A stretch of DNA of 64,000 nt from the NCBI GenBank assembly GCA_965197525.1, contig OZ240211.1, forward strand, positions 1,472,001 to 1,536,000, read 5' to 3'. The translations under genes and the position numbers were made by a program. Below are positions 1-9,272 of this stretch, in pieces (the stretch's first letter is position 1; every line of letters begins with the position of its first letter). Below the pieces are notes generated by a model, which ran no database searches, was not told where the DNA came from, and saw only the letters and a list, made by a program, of their open reading frames with translations. The stretch is from Nitrosopumilus sp. (GTDB taxonomy: Archaea; Thermoproteota; Nitrososphaeria; Nitrososphaerales; Nitrosopumilaceae).

Positions 1-507
1 ACTGATTGTGCAGTTACGTATCTCTCATAGTATCCTGCGTGCCCCTTGTCTTTTGTATGTATTAGATCGCCAGTTGATTTCTTGTCGTGCCTGAGTATCT
101 TGTGCATATCTATCGCTATATCTATGCCTTTGTCAGGAATCCACCTGTTTTTGTCCAATACTGCAATCCGAGTTCTAACCGTATCTTCAAGGCATTTCTC
201 AATCTCATTTTTACTCATCTTGGCAAGTATCAGTCTGTTCCATTCGCCCGTGGGATAATGCCTTGTTCCCTTTGGCCTGCAGTGGTCATCACCTACAAAA
301 CGTGTATCGCCTGCCTTTCCACTTAACAGATGCATCATTCAGAGTACCATTCATCACACAGGTAATAAAATGCGTGATATCATATGTGGCGTTGGCAGCC
401 TTGGATATGTGGACACAGGGTTCCACTTGTGTTTGGATCTCAGAAATGGTATCTTGAAATAGGCGTATGTTATTTTTAATATTGCGCTTCAGGTGGTTTG
501 TGTTCAC
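1..507 (-). pseudogene. ISH3/IS4-like transposase, 5' part, frameshifted and running off the window edge
   Basis: ORF 289..507 stops at ..RRYTFCR*; another frame continues open to base 1 as PKGTRHYPTGEW..KGIDIAIDMHKILRHDKK..GYYERYVTAQS, where AIDxH and YERYxTAQ resemble the first catalytic-Asp region of ISH3-type DDE transposases. Confidence 0.6.
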
Positions 508-581
508 TATGCAATATCATTTGAAGCGTCTTATAGCTTTTACGATTTATAGTGTTTAAAACGGGCAAATTTGAGACATTT

Positions 582-698
582 GGGTTAACTGAAATATGAT
601 GACCATGCTTACATTTAAGATACAGGTGGAATCACATCTGATGCGCGAGCCCAAACCGCCTACCTGATGTCAGATTTGGAGTACATTTCGCTTAGCTG
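582..698 (-). repeat. Degenerate copy of a ~110-bp MITE-like element (family A)
   Basis: Reverse complement begins CAGCTAAGCGAAATGTA and ends ATCATATTTCAGTTAAC; aligns end to end with 33146..33255 (about 60% by hand, mostly transitions). Confidence 0.6.
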
Positions 699-805
699 AT
701 TTTTCTTACAAACTCATCTGGCATGAGATATTCTAACGTCAAATGGACTCTGTCATGCAGTTTTTAACTTTGTCTAATAATTTCTCTATTCAAAGTTTTA
801 GTAAT

Positions 806-1195
806 CTATTCTTCTTTATCTTCATCTGATTTACTATCAACAAATTTTGACTGCGCCTTTAAACTAATTGCTAGCTCTCTGAAAATTTCGTTTACGCTGA
901 CATCAACTAAATTTATTGTAGCATTTTCTTTTACAATCTGTTTTTCAAACTTTTCTTTAATTGCAAAAGATACTGAAGACCAATGCAAAACTCCTCTTAA
1001 TTGTTCATCAACAGTTGAATTGGTTACTGGAAAATTCGCTGGCGAAAAAACAACCCCATTTGTCCATTGCATAGTGGGAATTCCTCCACCTGATGATCTT
1101 GTACTAAATGCTATCTGTTTTACCCAATCTTCAAATTTGTATTCAATTACTTCATGAATAATTAATTTTTTCCACGGCTCTATAGAAATTTCCAT
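806..1195 (-). CDS. Hypothetical protein, thaumarchaeal-type (129 aa)
   Basis: ATG-initiated ORF with normal composition, MEISIEPWKKLIIHEVIEY..; no family motif recognised. Confidence 0.8.
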   Translation of the reverse strand: MEISIEPWKKLIIHEVIEYKFEDWVKQIAFSTRSSGGGIPTMQWTNGVVFSPANFPVTNSTVDEQLRGVLHWSSVSFAIKEKFEKQIVKENATINLVDVSVNEIFRELAISLKAQSKFVDSKSDEDKEE

Positions 1196-1272
1196 CTGTT
1201 TTTATTGATGTTATGCCCATTTAACCTTATTTTTTATCCTGATTCCTAAAATTGATTTTTGTATGGTATCAG

Positions 1273-1734
1273 TTACATTGATGATGACTGCCATGCTTGA
1301 TTGAATTTTTTAATAGCCTCTTGGTATGCCTTAATTGAGTCATCACCTGACGTTGCAAGAAATCTCTCCCATTGTTTATTAAATTTCTTTATTGTTTCAA
1401 TGTTGGTCTCTCTGAAAATATTTTCAATCATTACTGTTTGTTGTTTGATATATTGAGGACCAATCTCTTCCCATGTATCTTCCCAGCTTGTACTGACTTT
1501 TTTTAACAACTCTGCATCCGTTTCTAATGCTCTTTGACATGCATCATGATAAGCCATCAAAGTCTCATTGGTGGCTTTTTGCAACTGTGCTAGGGATGTC
1601 TTCCACTCATTTAGTGACGAATTGTATTTTTTCCATATTTTTTCAAACTCTGCGTTTTTTGATGGCGTAGAACTAGTCCGTTTTTTTGGTTTAGATGATT
1701 TCTTTTTATTTGCAGCTTTTTTCTTTTCTACCAT
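1273..1734 (-). CDS. Hypothetical helical protein with Lys-rich N-terminus (153 aa)
   Basis: KKKAANKKKSSKPKKR head followed by amphipathic Trp-spaced helices. Confidence 0.75.
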   Translation of the reverse strand: MVEKKKAANKKKSSKPKKRTSSTPSKNAEFEKIWKKYNSSLNEWKTSLAQLQKATNETLMAYHDACQRALETDAELLKKVSTSWEDTWEEIGPQYIKQQTVMIENIFRETNIETIKKFNKQWERFLATSGDDSIKAYQEAIKKFNQAWQSSSM

Positions 1735-2022
1735 AGATTTCCTTAGCAGTTCTATGTGTTAAATCTTTCAATTTTTTCTTAGTACTGTGAATGGGATTTA
1801 TTCTTTATTTGGTGTATTATTTTCCTTGACCATTTATCAAAAACATTTTTTTTGATATTGGAAACTTTCTTTTTTAATCTGAGTATTTAACCGTAAATGT
1901 TTATCATAATGGCAGCTCTTGATAACCAATACACGGGTTTTCTTATTATTGTTAGAATCAAAAGCAAGTTGTACTATGAGTGATATTCTTCTAAATTATC
2001 AAAAAATCTACCTTTATCATCA

Positions 2023-2169
2023 CATATAGCAATGCGCATAAGTTTCTGCACAGCCAATTTCTGGACATCGTTGTCCCTTGTTCATCACATCTTTGTGTAA
2101 ATCATCAGGTATTATGCCTATGATGGTCCTAAAATATCATGTACAGAAACTTATGCACGTTGCTATATG
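2023..2169. mobile_element. MITE-like element (family B) with 30-bp terminal inverted repeats
   Basis: 2023..2052 and 2140..2169 are inverted repeats at 27/30; TATAGC..GCTATA termini; first 80 bp recur at 60764..60843 (72/80). Confidence 0.7.
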
Positions 2170-2187
2170 ACAAATTACAGTTGGTAT

Positions 2188-2346
2188 TTACAAAAATTCT
2201 GACGCTTTTGAAAAACTGGCGTGATGCTTTACGTCTTTATTTTTAAATATCTTGTAATGTTCTTTACACAAATTCCTCGTTTCCCTAAAACTGATCGTTA
2301 CAGTCTCTACGGCTTTTTGTTTACATTCTGAAATACTGCACTGCAA
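2188..2346 (-). CDS. Small putative Zn-binding protein (52 aa, TTG start), below the ORF-track cutoff
   Basis: MQCSISECKQKAVETVTISFRETRNLCKEHYKIFKNKDVKHHASFSKASEFL; C-x4-C-x18-C-x2-H. Confidence 0.6.
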   Translation of the reverse strand: MQCSISECKQKAVETVTISFRETRNLCKEHYKIFKNKDVKHHASFSKASEFL

Positions 2347-2757
2347 TACTTTTTAATCCTGTACATCTATTAATTAAACTTTAAAATTTCAGTTATACGG
2401 CGTTGTGACTGAATCTATAAACATTGTATCAAAATAATGGGGATATTTCCAAAATCTTAACTGTTATACAACGCCTATGATCATTGATGCCACATTCCCA
2501 TACCATCCTCGACTCTACGATCCCAACATAACTTGTAACGAACCAGTCTCTGAGGACTGGTACATGAGCATACATCAGAGATCATAATCATGTTGTATGA
2601 ATCTAAAATTTAGTAATCCTGAGACGATACACTTTGTTTGCAGTACTGTATTGTATGATTCTATTCATCTCAGATTGTTTTTGGTTTTTATCAATTTCAA
2701 TCACAAAATAATTGCCTTCTGCTAGCTTTTTATGATTGTTGATTATCCTCAAAAATT

Positions 2758-2961
2758 ATGAATGATGATGATGATGATGAGAAAGGTAAACGATTTCTCA
2801 AACTAATAGACGAGCAAAGTACCATTCAATGGAGTATAGTGATCAAACTGTCTTCTTTGATCAACTCTGACTGGAAGTCTGAACCATTACAAGATGAGCT
2901 CAAAGCACTTGTAGATGAACATACAACAATTACTAGAGAGATCAACAGTATTGATGATTAA
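2758..2961 (+). CDS. Small hypothetical protein (67 aa)
   Basis: ATG ORF, acidic GAT-repeat start then helical body; converges on cyoE. Confidence 0.7.
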   Translation: MNDDDDDEKGKRFLKLIDEQSTIQWSIVIKLSSLINSDWKSEPLQDELKALVDEHTTITREINSIDD

Positions 2962-2991
2962 CTATAATGACAATTAACTATAATTATTATC

Positions 2992-3921
2992 TTACAGCGC
3001 AGAGTCTACCATCAATGCAATAAATAGTACTGCCAAATACGGACTAGAAAATTTAAACAAAGTCCATGCGGCTCTCTCCATCGGCTTTACTATTACCCAT
3101 ACTGATAACCCAACCATTAACGCTCCTGAAGCAATTGCAGTCCACAGATACACTGTACCAATTATTGCTTCACCGCTCTGAGTTGTTATAAAGAAAGGCG
3201 CGATTGAAAATAATACCATTACAACCGTAGATACTGCAATAGCTCTAGCTGATGTCTTTTCTGACTGTACTGCAGTTAGCATTGGAACGTTCACTTTGTT
3301 GTAATCTTCTTTGAAATGCAACGTTAACGCCCAAATATGCATTGGGATCCAAATGAACACCAGTCCTGCCATGGCAAGACCCATAGTCCATAAATCTGAC
3401 ATACTAACTGCTACCCATCCTATCATCGGAGGCGAACCGCCGCATAATCCTCCCAAGATTATATTGGTTCTTGAATTTCTTTTTAGCATATACGAATAAA
3501 TGATAATATTATTGACAAGTCCAAATGCAATAAATGTAGTAGCCCACATACCTTGTTCTAGTGTTGTAGTAAATGATATACCAAATGCTAAAACTAGCGA
3601 TAACCCAGCTAACACTAATCCAAAATTTCTTGCCTTAGCTGCAGGATAAATTCTCTTTGATGGTAGAGGCCTACCTTTCGTTCTCTCCATTATGGCATCA
3701 ATATCTCTATCGTGATAATTAGTCAGAGTGTTTGCAGCTGCTGACCCGGCTGCAACTGAGAATAGCATCAAGGCCCATGTCCCAATGGAGATATCAATCC
3801 CGTAAATATTTGATGCAGTTAAAGCAGCACCAAATGCGGTAAAAACTAACAGGTACCAAATTTTTGGTTTTGTTAACTCGTAATATACTGCAACTCTAGA
3901 TTCCGATTTTTGTTTCTGCAA
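2992..3921 (-). CDS. cyoE: Protoheme IX farnesyltransferase (heme O synthase)
   Basis: UbiA-family polytopic membrane protein; DRDIDAIMERTKGRPLP and WIPMHIWAL..DY motifs. Confidence 0.95.
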   Translation of the reverse strand: MQKQKSESRVAVYYELTKPKIWYLLVFTAFGAALTASNIYGIDISIGTWALMLFSVAAGSAAANTLTNYHDRDIDAIMERTKGRPLPSKRIYPAAKARNFGLVLAGLSLVLAFGISFTTTLEQGMWATTFIAFGLVNNIIIYSYMLKRNSRTNIILGGLCGGSPPMIGWVAVSMSDLWTMGLAMAGLVFIWIPMHIWALTLHFKEDYNKVNVPMLTAVQSEKTSARAIAVSTVVMVLFSIAPFFITTQSGEAIIGTVYLWTAIASGALMVGLSVWVIVKPMERAAWTLFKFSSPYLAVLFIALMVDSAL

Positions 3922-3923
3922 TG

Positions 3924-4394
3924 TTATTCCTCATCATCCTTTGTTTGCATATATGGTATTGCTTTCATTCTTGTCTTCATCTCTATAAATGACTCTGAAG
4001 ATTGAATTCCTTCAATCCTGCCAATTCGTTCTGACACTATTTGATGCATCTGGTCTAAAGATCTTGAATACATAGTTACTAGTATGTCAAATCTGCCTGT
4101 AACTTCTGCAATCTCTCTAACACCATCAATCTTGAACAATTCGTCTATGATATGATCACGTTTTTTACTATCCATATTAATTCCCGTAAGTGCCTTGACA
4201 TTATATCCTAATGCCTGGTCATTTACTACTATTGTAAACCGCTCGATTAATTTTCTTTTAACCAGTCTCTTAATTCTTGAGTATACTACTGACGAGTTGA
4301 CATCGATTTTTTCTGATAGACGTGGAACTGAGATAGATGCATCATTTGAAAGCTCTGATAAAATTTGTAAATCTAGTTCATCTACCTTTGTCGT
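3924..4394 (-). CDS. Lrp/AsnC-family transcriptional regulator; full-length frame begins at ACG
   Basis: Frame of track ORF 3924..4175 is open upstream through the HTH (DELDLQILSELSNDASISVPRLSEKIDVNSSVVYSRIKRL) to TAA-ACG at 4397..4392; C-terminal RAM domain with VTGRFDIL. Confidence 0.85.
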   Translation of the reverse strand, partial: TTKVDELDLQILSELSNDASISVPRLSEKIDVNSSVVYSRIKRLVKRKLIERFTIVVNDQALGYNVKALTGINMDSKKRDHIIDELFKIDGVREIAEVTGRFDILVTMYSRSLDQMHQIVSERIGRIEGIQSSESFIEMKTRMKAIPYMQTKDDEE

Positions 4395-4466
4395 TTAAAA
4401 CACCCAAGTCGATCTACATTTTTGGTTCTTATAAAGTTTTTATTGTAAAAATTTCACAAAAATAAT

Positions 4467-5543
4467 CTAAATCTTACCTTTTTTGTATAGCATCTCTGCT
4501 AGTAAGACTGCTCCTTTTGCAGAACCCATTTTTTTATTATGTGAAAATAGCATATATTTGAGACCGTTATCAAATAGCTCTTCTTTCTCTACTCTTCCAA
4601 TAGTCGTAGTCATACCGCCGCCAACTGTTCGTTCCATTCTTGGCTGAGGTCTTGTAGGATCTTCATGAAATGCATAGTATTTTTCAGGTGCTGATGGCAG
4701 TCCTGCTACGGAGATGTCATCATTGTACTGTTCATAGGTATCTTTTGCTTTCTGAGGGTCTATCTCTTTTGCTGTCTCAACGAAGACAGCTTCTGTATGC
4801 CCGTCTAATATTGGAACCCTAGTACATGTACAACTAACTACAACGTCTGCGTCACGTATCTTTCCATCTTGAAGCTTGCCCAAAATCTTCCTTGTCTCAA
4901 GTTTTACCTTGTCCTCTTCTTTTGGAATCCATGGAATGATATTATCTGTAATTCCCATCGCAGACACGCCTGATTTACCACCGCCGGATATTGCTTGCAT
5001 CGATGTCATCAGAACCTTTTTTGCTCCATATTTCTCCACTAGTGGCTTTAATGTAATTACTAACCCTGTTGTAGTACAGTTTGGTAAAGGTGCTACCCAT
5101 CCATTCCAGTTCCTGTTCTTCTTTTGAGTCTCAAGTAGCTCTATCTGTTCATCATTAATTCCAGGAATCAGTATTGGAACATCCTCTTCATATCTATAAG
5201 CTGAACTAGTTGATATTACCGGTAATTTTGCTGCCATCTTTGTCTCTATGTCTCTTGCAGCTACTGATTCTACTGCTGAAAATATCAAGTCTAGTTGAGA
5301 CGTATCTAACTCGTCAATTGATCGTACAGTCATCTCTTTGATATATTCTGGAATCTCACCCTCTACGTCCCATGCTATTATTCCATTTGGATTTTTTATT
5401 GCATCCATGTATCTCTTACCTGCTGAACGCTCGGATGCTGCAATTTGAGTTACTTCAAACCATGGATGGTTATCCAGTGATTGTACAAATTCTTGGCCTA
5501 CAGACCCTGTGACGCCAATTATTGCAACTCTTTTCTTACTCAT
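4467..5543 (-). CDS. asd: Aspartate-semialdehyde dehydrogenase (archaeal type)
   Basis: GVTGSVGQ Rossmann motif, PNCTT catalytic Cys, RVPILDGH, SHNKKMGSAKGA. Confidence 0.95.
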   Translation of the reverse strand: MSKKRVAIIGVTGSVGQEFVQSLDNHPWFEVTQIAASERSAGKRYMDAIKNPNGIIAWDVEGEIPEYIKEMTVRSIDELDTSQLDLIFSAVESVAARDIETKMAAKLPVISTSSAYRYEEDVPILIPGINDEQIELLETQKKNRNWNGWVAPLPNCTTTGLVITLKPLVEKYGAKKVLMTSMQAISGGGKSGVSAMGITDNIIPWIPKEEDKVKLETRKILGKLQDGKIRDADVVVSCTCTRVPILDGHTEAVFVETAKEIDPQKAKDTYEQYNDDISVAGLPSAPEKYYAFHEDPTRPQPRMERTVGGGMTTTIGRVEKEELFDNGLKYMLFSHNKKMGSAKGAVLLAEMLYKKGKI

Positions 5544-5634
5544 ACATGCCGTTAATTATATGCAATTAATAATCGTTTTCTGTGATTCGTGTTTCATCAA
5601 AACATACTAAATTAGCTTTACACTGTTTGGAGCT

Positions 5635-6723
5635 ATGAGAATACAAACAAAATCCTCTATTTCTAGACATGAGCCGGTAGTACATGGTGCGCATATCCCA
5701 TTCAGAACTTCTACTAGTCAGATTCTTGATTTTAGCTCAAACATCAATCCTGCAGGTACGCCATTATCGGTAAAGAGAGCTCTGAAGAAAAATATTGATA
5801 CCATCGAAGACTATCCTGATACTAGTTCATCTACTGTACTCTCAAGCCTTCAAAAATATACTCGATTAAAACATTCAAATTTACTAGTTGGAAACGGCGC
5901 CATTGAAATTATTTACAATTTCTGCTTTGCATTTTTATCCTCACGAACCAAAGTTTTGATTCCTGCTCCTACATTTCAAGAGTATGAGACTGCTGCAAAA
6001 CTAAACGATTGCAAAATTTCATATTTTAAAACCATGAACCTGTCTGAAGATCTTGACTCTCTTATCTTACAAATTCCAAGAAACGGATGCGTGTTTCTTT
6101 GCAATCCTAACAATCCTACGGGAGGACTCTTGTCAAGAGATGATGTACTCTCAATAGTAAATGCTGCAAAAGAATTATCTACACTTGTATTTGTAGATGA
6201 GTGTTTTATTGAACTAGTCCCCAAATCTAACGAATCCGTAATATCTAATGTAACAAAATATGACAACCTTCTAGTTCTACGTTCATTAACAAAAGCATTT
6301 GCATTGCCCGGAATAAGAATCGGATATGCCGCTGCCTCAAAAACTATTATTGAAATTTTACAAAAGATAAAAATTCCATGGAGTGTAAACGTTCTGGCTC
6401 AATACGCTGCAAACACTGCACTTGCAACTGATTCATATCTTGTTAAATCAAACTCTATAATTAAAAGAGAGTCAAACTATCTAAAGGCACAACTATGTAA
6501 GCTAGATGGACTTTACTGTTATGATTCATCTACAAATTTTATTCTAGTAAAAACAAAATACAACTCTACAAAATTACAAAAGAGGCTGCTGCTTGATAGC
6601 AATATCTTGGTTCGAGACTGTAAAAATTTTAGAGGATTAAGCGATCACTATATTCGCATTGCAGTTAAATCTCGCAAAGATAACCTAAAGCTTGTGCATG
6701 CATTGGAGAGTATTATTACATGA
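5635..6723 (+). CDS. cobD: L-threonine-O-3-phosphate decarboxylase (PLP class I/II aminotransferase fold)
   Basis: DFSSNINP, CNPNNPTG, DECF, RSLTKAFALPGIRIGY; first gene of the cob cluster. Confidence 0.85.
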   Translation: MRIQTKSSISRHEPVVHGAHIPFRTSTSQILDFSSNINPAGTPLSVKRALKKNIDTIEDYPDTSSSTVLSSLQKYTRLKHSNLLVGNGAIEIIYNFCFAFLSSRTKVLIPAPTFQEYETAAKLNDCKISYFKTMNLSEDLDSLILQIPRNGCVFLCNPNNPTGGLLSRDDVLSIVNAAKELSTLVFVDECFIELVPKSNESVISNVTKYDNLLVLRSLTKAFALPGIRIGYAAASKTIIEILQKIKIPWSVNVLAQYAANTALATDSYLVKSNSIIKRESNYLKAQLCKLDGLYCYDSSTNFILVKTKYNSTKLQKRLLLDSNILVRDCKNFRGLSDHYIRIAVKSRKDNLKLVHALESIIT

Positions 6724-7559
6724 AATCCCTTATGGTTCAAGGAACATCCTCAGGAGCCGGAAAAACTACCATAGTAGCAGCGCTGTGTCGAATTTTCTCT
6801 GATATGGGATATCGTGTCGCACCATTCAAATCTCAAAATATGTCAAATTTCGCATACGCCACATCAGAGTTTGAAATATCCCGTGCGCAAGCTATCCAAG
6901 CAATTGGTGCGCGATGTACCATCACTCCAGATCTGAACCCCATCCTGCTAAAGCCAATAGGTGACTACAATAGTATTGTGTATCTTAACGGACGGCGTTA
7001 CAAAATCATGCATGCCAAACACTATTACGAAAAATTTGTAAATTCACAAGGGCTACAAATTGCAACAAACTCTTTAAAAAATTTACAAAGTAATTTTGAT
7101 CTTGTAATCTTAGAGGGCGCAGGTTCTCCTGCAGAAATTAATCTACAGCGATTTGATATTGCAAACATGCGGATTGCTAAGAAAGCAGATGCACAAGTAT
7201 TACTGGTATCTGATATTGACAGAGGAGGTTCTTTTGCAAGTCTTGTTGGAACCATGGCATTAATTCAAAACAGACATCAAAAACTTGTAAAAGGTTTTCT
7301 AATTAACAAATTTAGAGGTGATATTGACGTGCTAAAACCGGGATTTCGGAGACTCAGAAATATTACAAAGATTCCTGTTATGGGCACTATTCCTTTTATG
7401 AGGGTAAATCTGCCTGAAGAAGACTCGCTTAATGCTACACCTAGAGACATAGTTTGGAACAGATCAAATATCTTAAAAATCGATAAAGAGTTGGACAGAT
7501 TGGCCCAAACTGTCAAATTAAATATCGATATAAAATCAATAGAGCGACTATTACTATGA
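6720..7559 (+). CDS. cobQ: Cobyric acid synthase, short form with synthetase domain only (279 aa)
   Basis: QGTSSGAGKT P-loop, PFKSQNMS, EGAGSPAEIN, DIDRGG, PEEDSL; 4-nt overlaps with neighbours. Confidence 0.9.
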   Translation: MKSLMVQGTSSGAGKTTIVAALCRIFSDMGYRVAPFKSQNMSNFAYATSEFEISRAQAIQAIGARCTITPDLNPILLKPIGDYNSIVYLNGRRYKIMHAKHYYEKFVNSQGLQIATNSLKNLQSNFDLVILEGAGSPAEINLQRFDIANMRIAKKADAQVLLVSDIDRGGSFASLVGTMALIQNRHQKLVKGFLINKFRGDIDVLKPGFRRLRNITKIPVMGTIPFMRVNLPEEDSLNATPRDIVWNRSNILKIDKELDRLAQTVKLNIDIKSIERLLL

Positions 7560-8545
7560 TTCTAGAATCTTTACTCCTTGTTGCAGGTCTTGCAGTTGTT
7601 TTGGATATTGTATTTGGAGATCCAAAAAACAGGTATCATCTGACTGCTTGGATTGGAACCTTGATTGCAAAATTAACGCCCATTGCAAAGAATCAACAGC
7701 GTCCTACGATGGAAAAACTTGGAGGAGTCTTTATTGTTCTAATTCCTGTGTGTGTGGTAGTTTTATCGCTTTTAGCTCTTGATGTTGCTTTATCCATGCT
7801 TGCCATTAATCATACCTTGTTGCTAATTGTCTCTGTCGTAGTTGGCGGATTATTACTGAAAACGACTATCGCCATCTCTGGCATGGAACGACATGCTAAA
7901 ATGATACTAGAATCGCTTGATGGCGAATCACTTGATGTGGCAAGAACAAAACTATCAATGATAGTAAAGCGGGATACAAAAAATTTAGACCGAAACCACA
8001 TCATCTCAGGCACGTTAGAGAGTATTAGTGAGAATACGGTTGATGGTATTACCGGACCACTATTCTATTATGCTTTATTTGGATTACCAGGTGCGTTTGT
8101 CTATCGGATAGTTAACACTGCTGACTCCATGATTGGATACAAGACTAGTATCTTTAAAAACATCGGATGGTTTGCGGCAACCGCTGACAGTATTTTAAAT
8201 TATATTCCATCCAGACTTACCGGATTAACAATGGTAGTTGCTGCTGTAATTTTGCGAAATAATTGGCGTCAATCATTCAAAGTAATGCAAAGAGATGCTA
8301 AAAAAACATCTAGTCTGAATGCAGGTTATCCAATGGCCGCACTAGCAGGCGCTCTTGAGACAAAATTTGAAAAGATAGATCACTATCAGCTAGGTGACTG
8401 CGATGATGATAATACCGAACTGACTAAACAACATGTGTATTCTGCCATTATGATGATGAAACTTACCACACTACTATTCTTTGGAATGGTAGTTGTTCCG
8501 ATAATCTCTATTATGTCGTTTGCTGGGTGGTGGATTTTTGCTTAG
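7556..8545 (+). CDS. cbiB: Adenosylcobinamide-phosphate synthase
   Basis: ESISENTVDG, YRIVNTADSMIGY, NAGYPMAALAGAL. Confidence 0.92.
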   Translation: MILESLLLVAGLAVVLDIVFGDPKNRYHLTAWIGTLIAKLTPIAKNQQRPTMEKLGGVFIVLIPVCVVVLSLLALDVALSMLAINHTLLLIVSVVVGGLLLKTTIAISGMERHAKMILESLDGESLDVARTKLSMIVKRDTKNLDRNHIISGTLESISENTVDGITGPLFYYALFGLPGAFVYRIVNTADSMIGYKTSIFKNIGWFAATADSILNYIPSRLTGLTMVVAAVILRNNWRQSFKVMQRDAKKTSSLNAGYPMAALAGALETKFEKIDHYQLGDCDDDNTELTKQHVYSAIMMMKLTTLLFFGMVVVPIISIMSFAGWWIFA

Positions 8546-9272
8546 AGAGATCGGTGGCATATTCTCTTTTTTGACGATATTCCCATCACCATCATCGTCT
8601 AATGTCACATTGGAAAATACTGCCAAGTACATGTTTATCTTTCCGGTAGTCGGAATTGTAATAGGGTTACTTGTAGGCTCTCTTGGTTTTGGCTTGTCTT
8701 TGTTTTTAGATCCACTGTTGGTTGCTTTGTTGGTTGCATCAACGATTGCAATCGTTACTGGCATACACCATGCAGATGGATTAGCTGATTTTGCAGACGG
8801 CCTGATGGTCAAAGGTAGTAAAAACAGAAAGATAACTGCCATGAAAGATGTTGCAACCGGCTCTGCCGGTGTCGTTGCAACTGTATTATATCTTGTAGGT
8901 CTGGTAATTACCCTGTCACTTACCACCGGATTTGATCTACTGCAAGCCATTCTGATCAGCGAGATTCTGGCAAAATTCTCAATGGTATTGATGGCGAGTT
9001 TAGGCAGATCAGCCTCACCAGGCTCGAACTCTGCTTTTGTTATGTTTATGAAAGACAGGAGAAAACTTGCAGCGGCATTTATCATTATGATAATTCCTGT
9101 AGCTATTATCGGTGAGACTACCGGATTGCTGATGCTTGGTGTGGCTATAACCATTACCCTGTTCCTCTTGGTTCTATCTACTCGTAGTTTTGGTGGGATA
9201 ACAGGCGATGTACTAGGTGCTACAAACGAACTTGTACGACTGGCGTCTTTGATGGTGTTTGTTTCGATATGA
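8538..9272 (+). CDS. cobS: Adenosylcobinamide-GDP ribazoletransferase (cobalamin synthase)
   Basis: FLTIFP, TGIHHADGLADFADG, GGITGDVLGA; TTG at 8538 preferred to track start 8520. Confidence 0.92.
   Translation: MLREIGGIFSFLTIFPSPSSSNVTLENTAKYMFIFPVVGIVIGLLVGSLGFGLSLFLDPLLVALLVASTIAIVTGIHHADGLADFADGLMVKGSKNRKITAMKDVATGSAGVVATVLYLVGLVITLSLTTGFDLLQAILISEILAKFSMVLMASLGRSASPGSNSAFVMFMKDRRKLAAAFIIMIIPVAIIGETTGLLMLGVAITITLFLLVLSTRSFGGITGDVLGATNELVRLASLMVFVSI

Noticed and set aside
2603-2752. 49-aa TTG-initiated minus-strand ORF (MRIINNHKKLAEGNYFVIEID..)
   Set aside because: Head-to-head only 5 bp from the 2758 ORF, leaving no promoter space, and no motif; cannot be supported without homologues.
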